From the NCBI GenBank assembly GCA_050633305.1, contig JBOEGF010000019.1, positions 128,001 to 192,000 on the forward strand: DNA of 64,000 nt, read 5' to 3'. The DNA is from Nannocystales bacterium. Its GTDB lineage: Bacteria; Myxococcota_A; Polyangia; Nannocystales; Nannocystaceae. The position numbers and the translations under genes were made by a program. The notes beneath the pieces are model-generated. The model was not told the DNA's origin and made no database searches. It was given only the letters and a program-made list of their open reading frames with translations. Below are positions 39,866-48,868 of the stretch, one piece after another; position 1 is the stretch's first letter; every line of letters begins with the position of its first letter.

Positions 39866-41296
39866 ATGTTCGAACGGTTCAAACACACGGGGCGTCGTTC
39901 CTTCCTGCGCGGTGCAGGCACGATGGCGCTGGGTCTTCCTCTGCTCGAGTACACGCACGGCGAAGCCTGGGCGCACGGCGGTGAAGCGACCAAACGCTTC
40001 ATCACCGTGTTCTCCCACGGCGGCACGATCAGCAACCAAGGCAAGAACTGGCGACACGACGGAACCGAGAGCCACCATGGTGAGGACTTGTGGCGCCCAG
40101 TCGACACCGCGGATGCGACCCTGACATTGGGCCCCATCCAGGAGACGCTCCAGCCTCACGTCGGCAAGCTCCTGTTGCTCGAGGGCATCGACAACAAGTC
40201 CGCGATTCAGCAGGACCAGTACAGCTCGGGCGCGCATCGCATCGCGAACCGGACCGCACTGACCGCAGGGGACCAGGACGACAACGGTGCCAAGAGTCCG
40301 AGCATCGATCAGGTGATCGCACAGCGGCTCGCCGCGTCGCAGCCGACCCCCTTCGAACGCATCCACCTTTCGGTGCATGGGCACAACTACGGCACGCCGT
40401 ATTACCGGGCCGCCGACGAATCGATGAGCGGGATCACCAGCCCGTCGGAGGCATGGACGACCTTGTTCGCAGGGGTCGCCGAGAACGGTGAGCCCAGCCC
40501 GGAGGCTCAGCGCCTGTTGTCGATGCGGACCAGCGCACTCGATGGATTGTTGACGAGCTACGGGGATGCCAAGACGCGCGTGAGCGCAGCGGACCGGCAC
40601 AAGATCGACGCGCACCTCGACCACCTGCGCGCCCTCGAGAACGAGCTCATGAACCCGGTCGTGTGCAGTCGGCCCGAAGACCCGGGGAGCGCGGACGGTG
40701 CACAGCAGATCGGTCCGCTCCACGTGTCTCTGCTGATCGCAGCGCTGCGGTGCGGTTTGTCGAACGTGGCCAACCTCGAGATCGGGGATCTACTCACGCC
40801 TTGGACGGATGCGGGCAACGTGACCGGGGTGACGCTGGGTCACTCCCTCGGACACGACGCGCGGGACATCGGACCCACGGGCCCCAAGGCGTCGATGTAC
40901 GACGATTGGTTCAGTGAGGCGCTCGACAACCGTCGGTGGCGCATGAGTTTGGTTCGTCAGCTGTTGGATGGACTCGACGACGATACCTTCGTCGAGCCCA
41001 ACGGGATGACGGTGCTCGACAACTCGTTGCTCATGTTCACCAGCGAGTTCCGCAACGCTTCGGGCCACTATGCCTACAACCTGCCGATGCTGCTGGCGGG
41101 CTCGGCCGGGGGCTACTTCGAGACCGGTCGCTTCATCGACTACAACAGCTTCGGGGTGGACGGCGGTCTCCAGTACGAATCCGAACACTCGACCCACAAC
41201 CTCTTCACCTCGATTCTGCACGCGATGGGCGGCGACGACGCTCACTTCGGAAACGACATGTCCAGCTACCAGGGCCCGCTTCCGGGCCTGGTCTGA
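39866..41296 (+). CDS. DUF1552 (HXXSHH-family) protein with Tat-like signal, second copy
   Basis: RRSFLRG...GLPLL, PSIDQVIA, DAHLDHLRALE, TVLDNSL, LPMLLAG. Start ATG 39866. Confidence 0.87.
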   Translation: MFERFKHTGRRSFLRGAGTMALGLPLLEYTHGEAWAHGGEATKRFITVFSHGGTISNQGKNWRHDGTESHHGEDLWRPVDTADATLTLGPIQETLQPHVGKLLLLEGIDNKSAIQQDQYSSGAHRIANRTALTAGDQDDNGAKSPSIDQVIAQRLAASQPTPFERIHLSVHGHNYGTPYYRAADESMSGITSPSEAWTTLFAGVAENGEPSPEAQRLLSMRTSALDGLLTSYGDAKTRVSAADRHKIDAHLDHLRALENELMNPVVCSRPEDPGSADGAQQIGPLHVSLLIAALRCGLSNVANLEIGDLLTPWTDAGNVTGVTLGHSLGHDARDIGPTGPKASMYDDWFSEALDNRRWRMSLVRQLLDGLDDDTFVEPNGMTVLDNSLLMFTSEFRNASGHYAYNLPMLLAGSAGGYFETGRFIDYNSFGVDGGLQYESEHSTHNLFTSILHAMGGDDAHFGNDMSSYQGPLPGLV

Positions 41297-41329
41297 GGGG
41301 GGTCCGCGGACTTGGTATCCTCTGCGCCA

Positions 41330-42796
41330 GTGCGGGTCTTGGGGATTCTTGCGCTCGTCGCGGCGGGTGCCTGCTCGTTCGATGATGCGTTCGTCTGCGC
41401 CGAGGACGAGCAGTGTGCACTGCGAGCGCAGGGGCAGTGCGAGGCGGACGGGTGGTGTTCTTACCCGGCGGACCGCTGCGAGAGTGGCCGGGTCTACGGA
41501 CCCTACTCGCCTTCACCGATAGCAGATGCGTGTGTTGACCCCTCGGCGGGAACCACGACTTCGGGCGGGTCGTCGACCTCCTCAGAGGGGTCCTCAACCG
41601 GCCCCGATCCGCTCGCCGTCTGCGGCAACGGGGTGGTCGAGGATGGTGAGGCGTGCGACGACGGAAACACCGAACCGGGCGACGACTGCCATTCGCTCTG
41701 CGTCGACCCGTACGAGCCGGCCTGGACTCAGAGCTACAACGGGGAAGACCGGGACGACCGCGGGTTCGCGCTGGCGGTCGATGGGTCAGCCGACGCGCTT
41801 TACTTGTGCGGGTTCACAACCACCGAAGCCGGAGGGACCGATCTGCTCGTGCAGCGGTATGGGCTCACCGATGGTGAACTGGCCTGGACCTGGTCTCGAG
41901 ACACCGCCGGCGTGACGGACACCGCCGAGCATTTGGTTGTGGATGAGGACGGCAACGTGCTCGTCGTTGGGGTCGTGACGAACGGCGCCGGAACGGAGCG
42001 TGGATGGATGGCGAAGTTCGACCCTGCAGGACAGGTCCTGTGGGAACGCCTCGACCCCTTGGCGTCCAAGATGGAAGGCGTCACGCTTGCCGATGACGGT
42101 CGTGTCGTCGCGGTCGGTCGCGCAGGCGCTGAGGGGGGCTCTATGTCGTGGCAGCAGTGGTACGCGCCAGATGGAGCGCCCACTGGGGACGCGTTGTTGG
42201 ACGCCCTCGACGCGGCGGGGGACAGCCGCGGCGTCGACGTGATTACGGTCCCGGGCGTCGGCGTTCAGGTGACCGGAGTGCTCAACGACAACGGCCTCCC
42301 CAACCTTTGGACGTCGCGGTACGATGACGCTGGCGTCCAGCTTTGGGAGCATCTGGTGCCGGACCCTGACGGCAATGTTCCACGCGGCGTTGGCCAGGAT
42401 CTCAACCCGCTGGGAGGAAGCGCGATCGGAGGCGTCCGGGACACGGACATCTTCGTTCAGTTCTACGACGACGCCGGGGTCCCCTCTGGAGAGCCTTTCA
42501 TCGAGGGAGCCGGTGGGCAGGATGAAGCCGCGGACATTGCCTTCTTGGATGACGGTCGCTACGTCGTCGTGGGGTTCCAGGGATTCAACCTGCAGACCTC
42601 AGGCACCGCCGATGGTTGGATCCGTTTCAACGAACCCGACGGCACCGAGATCCGGACCTATACCGTCAGCGGCACCGGTGGTGGGCTCGACAAGATGCTG
42701 GCCGTGGATGTCGCCCCGAACAGCGTGGTCGTGACCGGGTACGTTGCGAACGAAGGAACGGGGATCGACCTGTGGCTTCGTCGGTACGCGACGTAG
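41330..42796 (+). CDS. Lipoprotein with myxobacterial Cys-rich repeat and beta-propeller
   Basis: AGAC lipobox; CGNGVVEDGEACDDGNTEPGDDCHSLC repeat; repeated D..G...V.G / K.D..G..LW blades. Confidence 0.8.
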   Translation: MRVLGILALVAAGACSFDDAFVCAEDEQCALRAQGQCEADGWCSYPADRCESGRVYGPYSPSPIADACVDPSAGTTTSGGSSTSSEGSSTGPDPLAVCGNGVVEDGEACDDGNTEPGDDCHSLCVDPYEPAWTQSYNGEDRDDRGFALAVDGSADALYLCGFTTTEAGGTDLLVQRYGLTDGELAWTWSRDTAGVTDTAEHLVVDEDGNVLVVGVVTNGAGTERGWMAKFDPAGQVLWERLDPLASKMEGVTLADDGRVVAVGRAGAEGGSMSWQQWYAPDGAPTGDALLDALDAAGDSRGVDVITVPGVGVQVTGVLNDNGLPNLWTSRYDDAGVQLWEHLVPDPDGNVPRGVGQDLNPLGGSAIGGVRDTDIFVQFYDDAGVPSGEPFIEGAGGQDEAADIAFLDDGRYVVVGFQGFNLQTSGTADGWIRFNEPDGTEIRTYTVSGTGGGLDKMLAVDVAPNSVVVTGYVANEGTGIDLWLRRYAT

Positions 42797-42885
42797 CCTC
42801 CCTTCTCAGTCCGTCGCTGTTCTCGCGAAGTGCGGGCTCCACCCGGAGCGTCCTGGCGGAGCGCTGGCGTTCGGAAGCCCGCGAC

Positions 42886-43632
42886 TCAGTGGCGTTGGAG
42901 GTCGGCGAGCGAGGGGAGCCGACCCGAGATGAGCAGGCCGTTGCGACGGATGGCGAGGTCGACGTCTTGACCCCGTCGATGCACGAGTACCCATCGCACG
43001 ACGCCTGCGATCAGGACAGCACCACCGGCCCCGAGCGTCACGCCTCCTGCGACGGTCAGACGACGCGCTCGGTCGAGTGCATCGCCGAAGTCTCGGTCGT
43101 TTTCTGCGCTCCCGCTGCCGTTACCCTCGCGCATGCCGAGCCCGAGTACGACGCCGCCAGCGACGGACGCCACGAGGCCGACGGCAACCAGGCTGTCGCC
43201 CGCGGGGTCGCGGTACCAAACAGTGACCGGTTCGCGTGTGGACGTGTTCTGTTGTGTCGCCGGCTCTAGCTTCGCAGGCGGGAGCACTGGGCCTTGGAGC
43301 GCATCTTCACGGGCACGCGCGGCCGCGAGCTCTTCCTCGCACAACTCGATCCGCTCCGTCGAGAGCGACTTGATCGAGGCACTCTTTCCACCCTGGACAC
43401 ACTCCTCGTACAGCGGAATCGCTTCGTCACAGCTCCCCCCGTATCGCAAGGCTTCCGCCTGCGCATAGCGGACGCGGAGGTCCCCGGTGGCATCGAAGAC
43501 GACGCCGTACTCTGCCGCAGCGTCAAACCACCGGCCCTCCTTTGTCGCCACGTCGGCGCGGTCGATGCGAGTCTGTAGGTCGGGCTCGGGAGCGGCTGCG
43601 AGCAGCGCCCAGAGTGCGGCGGCACGGAGCAT
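42886..43632 (-). CDS. Secreted TPR protein with C-terminal TM segments
   Basis: Signal peptide; YAQAEALRYGGSCDEAIPLYE; Gly-rich TM helices. Start overlaps the kinase stop (TGATG). Confidence 0.75.
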   Translation of the reverse strand: MLRAAALWALLAAAPEPDLQTRIDRADVATKEGRWFDAAAEYGVVFDATGDLRVRYAQAEALRYGGSCDEAIPLYEECVQGGKSASIKSLSTERIELCEEELAAARAREDALQGPVLPPAKLEPATQQNTSTREPVTVWYRDPAGDSLVAVGLVASVAGGVVLGLGMREGNGSGSAENDRDFGDALDRARRLTVAGGVTLGAGGAVLIAGVVRWVLVHRRGQDVDLAIRRNGLLISGRLPSLADLQRH

Positions 43633-45041
43633 CAGGGGTCAGGCGGAAAGAGCATGCCGCGAAGCTCGATGTCTTTGCTCGGCGTCTCGGCTTGCCGAGG
43701 TTTCGACTTCCGGGGTCGCTTCTTCCGACGCCGTTTGGGCTTCGTGGTCGGGGGGAGCTTCGGGGCCTCGGGGGCGGCCGTGTCGGGGGCGGAAAGCGTT
43801 GGCGCCGGCTTGGGGGGGGCGAGTGCGACCGGTTGTGCTTCGGGTGCCGTCAGCGGCAGAGGCCGGAGCATGTTCTGGGCAGTCCTCGACTTTGCGGGTG
43901 ATTGCAGGAACCAGGTTCCGGCGGCCCCGAGGACGAGCGCGAGGGGGGCCAGCGCGTAGGCTGCCCACGGCCGACGGTTGGGTGGAGGAAAGGCGGTCGG
44001 GTCGTCGTGTGTCGCGCCGGGGCGCATGACCTCTGTGGTGACACGGTCGAGTTCCTCGGGGTCTGCGATCGGCGGTGGCTCGCCGAACAGGTCCCGCAGG
44101 AGCGTCGCCACCGTGCCCGGTCCGAGCACGATTCCATGGTCCCGGGCGAAGCCGGCGACACGCTCGGCGAACTCGGCCGCGGTCGAGGGACGGTCCTGAG
44201 GGGATGTGGCAAGCGCGTCTCGAACCAGCGTACCGAGGTCCTCGGGGTAGCCGTCCACGAGGGCCTCCGGCGGCTCGTAATTCCCCGTGGCCACCTTGCC
44301 AAGTACGGCGAACTCGTTGGGACCGCTGAATGCCCGGGCTCCCGTTGTGACTTCGTAGAGCAGGATGCCCAGGCAGAACACGTCGCTGCGACGGTCGATC
44401 TGCTCCCCACGTGCCTGCTCGGGGCTGGAGTGGCCGAGCTTGCCCTTGAAGGTGCCGGTCCGGGTTGCCGAGGTCAGCTCCATGGCCTTGGCGATGCCGA
44501 AATCGGTGAGTTTGACCGAGCCGTCGTAGGCCAACAGGACGTTGGACGGGCTGACGTCGCGGTGGACCATGCCCAGCGGGCGCCCGTCGGTCGAACGGTG
44601 CTCGTGCAGTTCGTGCAGGCCGCGAGCGACATCGATGACGACCTGCAATGCGGCCTCCATCGGGAGCGGGGCGCGGGCCTGCGTCAGCGCCTCGAGCAGG
44701 TTTGCCCCGTGCACGTACTCCATCGTGAGGTAGTGCTCGCCGTTGCACTCCCCGAAGTCGAGGACGTGCGCCAGGTTGGGGTGATTGAGGTCCGACGCGA
44801 GCCGGGCCTCGGTGAGGAACATCCCCGTGAACGTCTCGTTCTGCGAGAGATGTGGGTGGATGCGCTTGAGTGCGACGATCTTGCTGAACCCCGCAGCACC
44901 ACGTTGCTGCGCGATGTAGAGCTCGGCCATTCCGCCCATCGCGAGCCGCCGGATCAGGGTGTAGCGGTCGAGCCGAGTGCCTGGCTCGAGACCTGCCGCA
45001 TGCGCGCCACTCCCCACGGAGCGACCATACCAGGCTTGCAA
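43632..45041 (-). CDS. Ser/Thr protein kinase (Hanks type) with TM
   Basis: LAMGGMAELY, VALK, HRDVSPSN, DFGIAK, SPEQ, RRSDVF. Start may be GTG 45017. Confidence 0.93.
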   Translation of the reverse strand: MQAWYGRSVGSGAHAAGLEPGTRLDRYTLIRRLAMGGMAELYIAQQRGAAGFSKIVALKRIHPHLSQNETFTGMFLTEARLASDLNHPNLAHVLDFGECNGEHYLTMEYVHGANLLEALTQARAPLPMEAALQVVIDVARGLHELHEHRSTDGRPLGMVHRDVSPSNVLLAYDGSVKLTDFGIAKAMELTSATRTGTFKGKLGHSSPEQARGEQIDRRSDVFCLGILLYEVTTGARAFSGPNEFAVLGKVATGNYEPPEALVDGYPEDLGTLVRDALATSPQDRPSTAAEFAERVAGFARDHGIVLGPGTVATLLRDLFGEPPPIADPEELDRVTTEVMRPGATHDDPTAFPPPNRRPWAAYALAPLALVLGAAGTWFLQSPAKSRTAQNMLRPLPLTAPEAQPVALAPPKPAPTLSAPDTAAPEAPKLPPTTKPKRRRKKRPRKSKPRQAETPSKDIELRGMLFPPDP

Positions 45042-45048
45042 GGCCGGA

Positions 45049-45684
45049 TCAGGAGTTGCGCCGGTCGCGGTTTGCGTCCGCGGTCACGGGGCCGAGCGCG
45101 CGCGACCACGCTTCGACGTCCTGGAGGAGCCGGTCTCTGAGCGCGCCGGGGCGGGTCATGGCCGCGATGTTCTCCCGCAAGAGCTCCCGCGCCCGCGCCA
45201 GGCGGCTCCCGACCGTGCTGGGGTTGGCGTCGACGACGGCTGCGATCTCGGCCAACGGCATGTCCTCCCAGTAGTACAGTTCGATGAGAACCTGCATGGG
45301 GACGGGGAGTTGGGTGAGCGCCATCAGCATGAGCTGGTGCTCCTGCTTGCGGACCGCCACCATGCTGAGCGAGGTGGCCTCCGCGCCCTCCGTGCCGTAG
45401 CGCCGAGCTCGTGGCCCTCGAGCCTGCCCCTGGAGGTGGCGGAGGAGCTGTTTGTGCGCGATGCCGAACAAGAAGGTCTTGAACTTCGAACGGCCTTCGA
45501 AACGAGACTTCGCTTCGAGCAAGGCCAGGAATGTCTGCTGGGTCAGGTCGTCGGCTGCATTGGCGCAACGCAGGTCGAAGAACCGACGGACGCCGGCGTA
45601 GAATCGCTGGACGAGGGCCTGCTCGGCTCCTGCCTCGCCCCGCATCCAGGCCGCGACCTCCTGGGTCTGCGCCTCGTCATCCAC
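45049..45684 (-). CDS. ECF RNA polymerase sigma-70 factor
   Basis: ADDLTQQTFL...FEGRSKFKTFLFGIA; LYYWEDMPLAEIA...TVGSRLARARE. Confidence 0.92.
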   Translation of the reverse strand: MDDEAQTQEVAAWMRGEAGAEQALVQRFYAGVRRFFDLRCANAADDLTQQTFLALLEAKSRFEGRSKFKTFLFGIAHKQLLRHLQGQARGPRARRYGTEGAEATSLSMVAVRKQEHQLMLMALTQLPVPMQVLIELYYWEDMPLAEIAAVVDANPSTVGSRLARARELLRENIAAMTRPGALRDRLLQDVEAWSRALGPVTADANRDRRNS

Positions 45685-45703
45685 TGCACGAGGATACTCC
45701 GAT

Positions 45704-46462
45704 TCATGCTGGGGGAAGGGTCAATACCTCGACGCCTGTCTCGGTCACCACGACGGTGTGCTCGAACTGCGCGCTTGGACTGCCATCCGCGGTTCGGACC
45801 GTCCACGCATCGGGGTCGACCTCGAGAGGGACGCGGGAGAGGGTGAGCATGGGTTCGATCGTAAAGGCCATCCCGGGTCGAAGACGGATCCCGGTGCCAG
45901 GTCGGCCGACGTGCGAGACGTGCGGCGGCATGTGCATCGATCGCCCGATGCCGTGACCCCCAAACTCTCGGACGACGGCACACCCGAAGTCAGCCGCGCG
46001 GGCCATGATTGCCGCGGCAACATCCCCGAGCCTTGCCCCGGGGCGGACGGCCTCGATGCCTGCCCACATGCACGACTTCGCACCCTCGGTCACGCGTCGG
46101 CGGCCGGGGTCGACCTCTCCGACCATGAGCGTGCGCGACGTGTCTCCATGGAAGCCGCCGATGCAGCTGGTGACGTCGACGTTGATGACATCTCCGTCGC
46201 GTACGACAACCTCGGGCGAGGGGATACCGTGGCAGACGACGTCATTTACGCTGGTGCAGACGGCGGCAGGGAACCCCTTGAAGCCGAGTTGGCTCGGAGT
46301 CGCGCCGCGGGCGGCAGTGTCCTCGCGCACCCACCGGTCGATGTCTGCCGTGGTCACACCGGGCTCAACACGTTCGCAAACCACGGCCAGCGTCGCCGCC
46401 GCAGTATCGCCCGCCCGGCGTAGGGCCTCTCGTTCGGTGGATCCGTAGACAATGATCGCCAC
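45704..46462 (-). CDS. map: Methionine aminopeptidase type I, second paralogue
   Basis: GFPAAVCTSVNDVVCHGIP, DVINVDVT, GFHGDTS, GHGIG..MH, FTIEPM, SAQFEHT; aagggagg RBS before GTG 46462. Confidence 0.94.
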   Translation of the reverse strand: MAIIVYGSTEREALRRAGDTAAATLAVVCERVEPGVTTADIDRWVREDTAARGATPSQLGFKGFPAAVCTSVNDVVCHGIPSPEVVVRDGDVINVDVTSCIGGFHGDTSRTLMVGEVDPGRRRVTEGAKSCMWAGIEAVRPGARLGDVAAAIMARAADFGCAVVREFGGHGIGRSMHMPPHVSHVGRPGTGIRLRPGMAFTIEPMLTLSRVPLEVDPDAWTVRTADGSPSAQFEHTVVVTETGVEVLTLPPA

Positions 46463-46498
46463 CCTCCCTTGTTGGGGCACGGTGGTCGATCGGGTCCA

Positions 46499-46513
46499 AT
46501 ACCAAATCGGTAT
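46499..46513. promoter_or_regulatory. LysR-type binding site ATAC-N7-GTAT
   Basis: ataccaaatcggtat lies between the divergent map and LysR genes and matches the T-N11-A, BenM/CatM-type consensus. Confidence 0.7.
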
Positions 46514-46547
46514 CGAGTCCAGTGTCCAGTCGAGCTACCATGATCAT

Positions 46548-46841
46548 GTGTCCCTCGTTCAGCTCGAATCGTTTGTCGCGGTGGCCGAAGAGGCCCACGT
46601 CGGTCGAGCCGCACGACGCCTGCACGTGTCTCAGCCGCCTCTGACACGGCGTATCCGTGGTCTCGAGGACGAGCTGGGCACGCCGCTGTTCGAGCGGACG
46701 CCCCGGGGAATGCGACTGCTTCCCAGTGGCGAACGTCTGTTGCCGCGCGCGCGAGAGATCCTCGACGCGATCGAGGCGGCCCGGACGGCAGTGCATGACC
46801 CCCCGACAGGTCGAACTCCGGCAGAGCCTGGACCTGTGTAG
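46548..46841 (+). CDS. Short LysR-family regulator (HTH and linker helix only)
   Basis: QLESFVAVAEEAHVGRAARRLHVSQPPLTRRIRGLEDELGTPLFER; stops at about 97 aa with no effector domain. TACCAT (-10-like) lies just upstream of the GTG. Confidence 0.85.
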   Translation: MSLVQLESFVAVAEEAHVGRAARRLHVSQPPLTRRIRGLEDELGTPLFERTPRGMRLLPSGERLLPRAREILDAIEAARTAVHDPPTGRTPAEPGPV

Positions 46842-46859
46842 GGCCGGGTGACGGCGGCG

Positions 46860-48731
46860 TTATCGATTGCGTACGTATTTTGCGTCGAGTCGCGTTTCGA
46901 CGAAGGCGGTCAGGTCGTCGGGCGAGAACGGCTTTCGCAACAGCGGAGGATTCTGCTCCCGCAGGAACCGGGCATCCTCGGGCTCGACGGCGCCTCCGGT
47001 GGCGACGCAGAATGTCGGTAGCAACTCGGGGAACTCGCGGCGCAGCGCAGCGTGCAGCCAACGTCCGCCGCGACCTGGCATCATGAGGTCGCACAACACG
47101 AGGTCGAAGCGCTGACCCTCTCGCAGCAGGGTCAGCGCGGCTTGGGCACTGCTGGCCAGTTCCACATCCGCCGACATCGCACGGGCGAGCGATTCTCGGA
47201 TCATCGGTTCGTCGTCGATCACGAGCAGGCGGGGGGCGAGGCGTGCGGGGGCAACGTGGGTCGGTCCCGAGGTGAAAGAGGGGCTTTGTTCTCTCGCCAC
47301 GCGCAGGGACACACGCATTCGAGCGCCTCCCTCCCATGCGTCGAGGGCCTCGAGCTTTCCGCCACACTCGGTCACGTACTGGTGGCAGACGAACAGCCCC
47401 AGCCCAGTTCCGTCTCCAACGGGTTTGGTGGTGACGAATGGCTCGAAGACGCGTTCGCGGACCTGCGGATCAAAACCAGTCCCGTCGTCCCGAACTTCGA
47501 GGGTCACTTCGCCTTCTTCACAGAGGGTTTCGACCCAGATGTTCCCGGCGCGGTCTGGAAGGGCTTGCACGGCGTTGAGCAGCAAGTTGAGGACAACCTG
47601 GGTCATGCGCCCCTCATCGCCATAGACCATCGGGACCGCACGAAGGGTCTTGTGCACGTGCACGCGCGACCGCATCTGCGCCCGAGCGAGGACCAAGCAG
47701 CGCTCCACGACGGCGCACAGATCCATGGGCACCGGTTGCTCGTCGCTGCGCGCGAGTCCCTGCATGTCGGAGACGATGCGGGCCATTCGGGCGGATCCGT
47801 CTGCCGCCTCCCGCGCGGACTCCAGGAGTTCGGCTCGAAGCTCCCCTTCGATGGGAGTTGTGTCGGCGAGGTTCGTCACCAACTCTCGGACGTTCATCCA
47901 GACGAAGGTCAGGGGATTGTTCAATTCGTGGGCGACGCCTTGGGCGAGGACTCCCACGGTCGCGAGGCGGTCGGCATGCGCCATGTTGGCCTCGAGACGA
48001 CGTTGCTCGGTCCGGTCGCGAGCGACACACAGATGGGCGATGCGACCCTCGAACTCGATCGGCATCCACAGCGTCTCTGCGCCGCGCGGCTCTCCTTCTT
48101 CGGCCCGGAACGCGAGTTCCGCTCGCTCGGCCTGGCGCGCGCCGGCGTTGGGTCGTGCGTCCAGTTCTGGAACGTCGCCGTGTTGCAGAAGCGACTTGAA
48201 GGGAAGGCCTATCGGGTGTTCGACCGCGATGCGAAACGCGGCGGGGTTGCAGTGGACGACCACGCCTTCGTCGACGACGAAGACGGCATCGGGTAGGCCC
48301 TCGAGCAGGGATCGCATCCGTTGCTCCGACGCCCGCAGACGATTGAGCGCGGACTCCCGGTCGGTGACATCGATGAGCGAGAGCAGGGTGCTGTTGCCTT
48401 CTTCTCGGCTGGCGTCGAACTGGACGACGCGGTCCGCTCCAAGCTTGGTGCGGAGCGGGAATGTGCAACGATGTGAGAGCGTGGTCTCGTTGGTGCGGGC
48501 CAGGAATTGGGCAAAGGGTGCCGCGTCGCCCGGGGCGAGGAATGCTGAGATGGGGACCGGGACAGCTTGTTCAGGACCGACCCCGAGAAAGTCACCGGCC
48601 GCGGGGTTGAGCTTGATGATCGAACCGTCGTCATCGAGTCGCAAACACGGCAGCGGTACGCCATCGAGCGCGTTGTCGAAACGCATCGATGCGCCGGCGT
48701 CGACACCTCGCTCGATGGCACGAAGGTTCAC
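46860..48731 (-). CDS. Hybrid sensor histidine kinase (PAS-PAS-HisKA-HATPase-REC)
   Basis: AHELNNPL, QVVLNLLLNA, DDGTG, FEPFVTTK, GTGLGL; receiver motifs IDDE, CDLMMP, RKPF. Confidence 0.93.
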   Translation of the reverse strand: MNLRAIERGVDAGASMRFDNALDGVPLPCLRLDDDGSIIKLNPAAGDFLGVGPEQAVPVPISAFLAPGDAAPFAQFLARTNETTLSHRCTFPLRTKLGADRVVQFDASREEGNSTLLSLIDVTDRESALNRLRASEQRMRSLLEGLPDAVFVVDEGVVVHCNPAAFRIAVEHPIGLPFKSLLQHGDVPELDARPNAGARQAERAELAFRAEEGEPRGAETLWMPIEFEGRIAHLCVARDRTEQRRLEANMAHADRLATVGVLAQGVAHELNNPLTFVWMNVRELVTNLADTTPIEGELRAELLESAREAADGSARMARIVSDMQGLARSDEQPVPMDLCAVVERCLVLARAQMRSRVHVHKTLRAVPMVYGDEGRMTQVVLNLLLNAVQALPDRAGNIWVETLCEEGEVTLEVRDDGTGFDPQVRERVFEPFVTTKPVGDGTGLGLFVCHQYVTECGGKLEALDAWEGGARMRVSLRVAREQSPSFTSGPTHVAPARLAPRLLVIDDEPMIRESLARAMSADVELASSAQAALTLLREGQRFDLVLCDLMMPGRGGRWLHAALRREFPELLPTFCVATGGAVEPEDARFLREQNPPLLRKPFSPDDLTAFVETRLDAKYVRNR

Positions 48732-48868
48732 CCTTCCCTCGTAGTGTGGTGGCTGGAGTCAGTCCACCGGGTGGCCCGCCTTAGGCCATGGCTCGGCTCG
48801 ACCCGGCCTCATGGCCTTGGCAAAGAAGCCCCCCCCTACGCGTCCTGTCGGGGAGCCGGCCTCCGACG

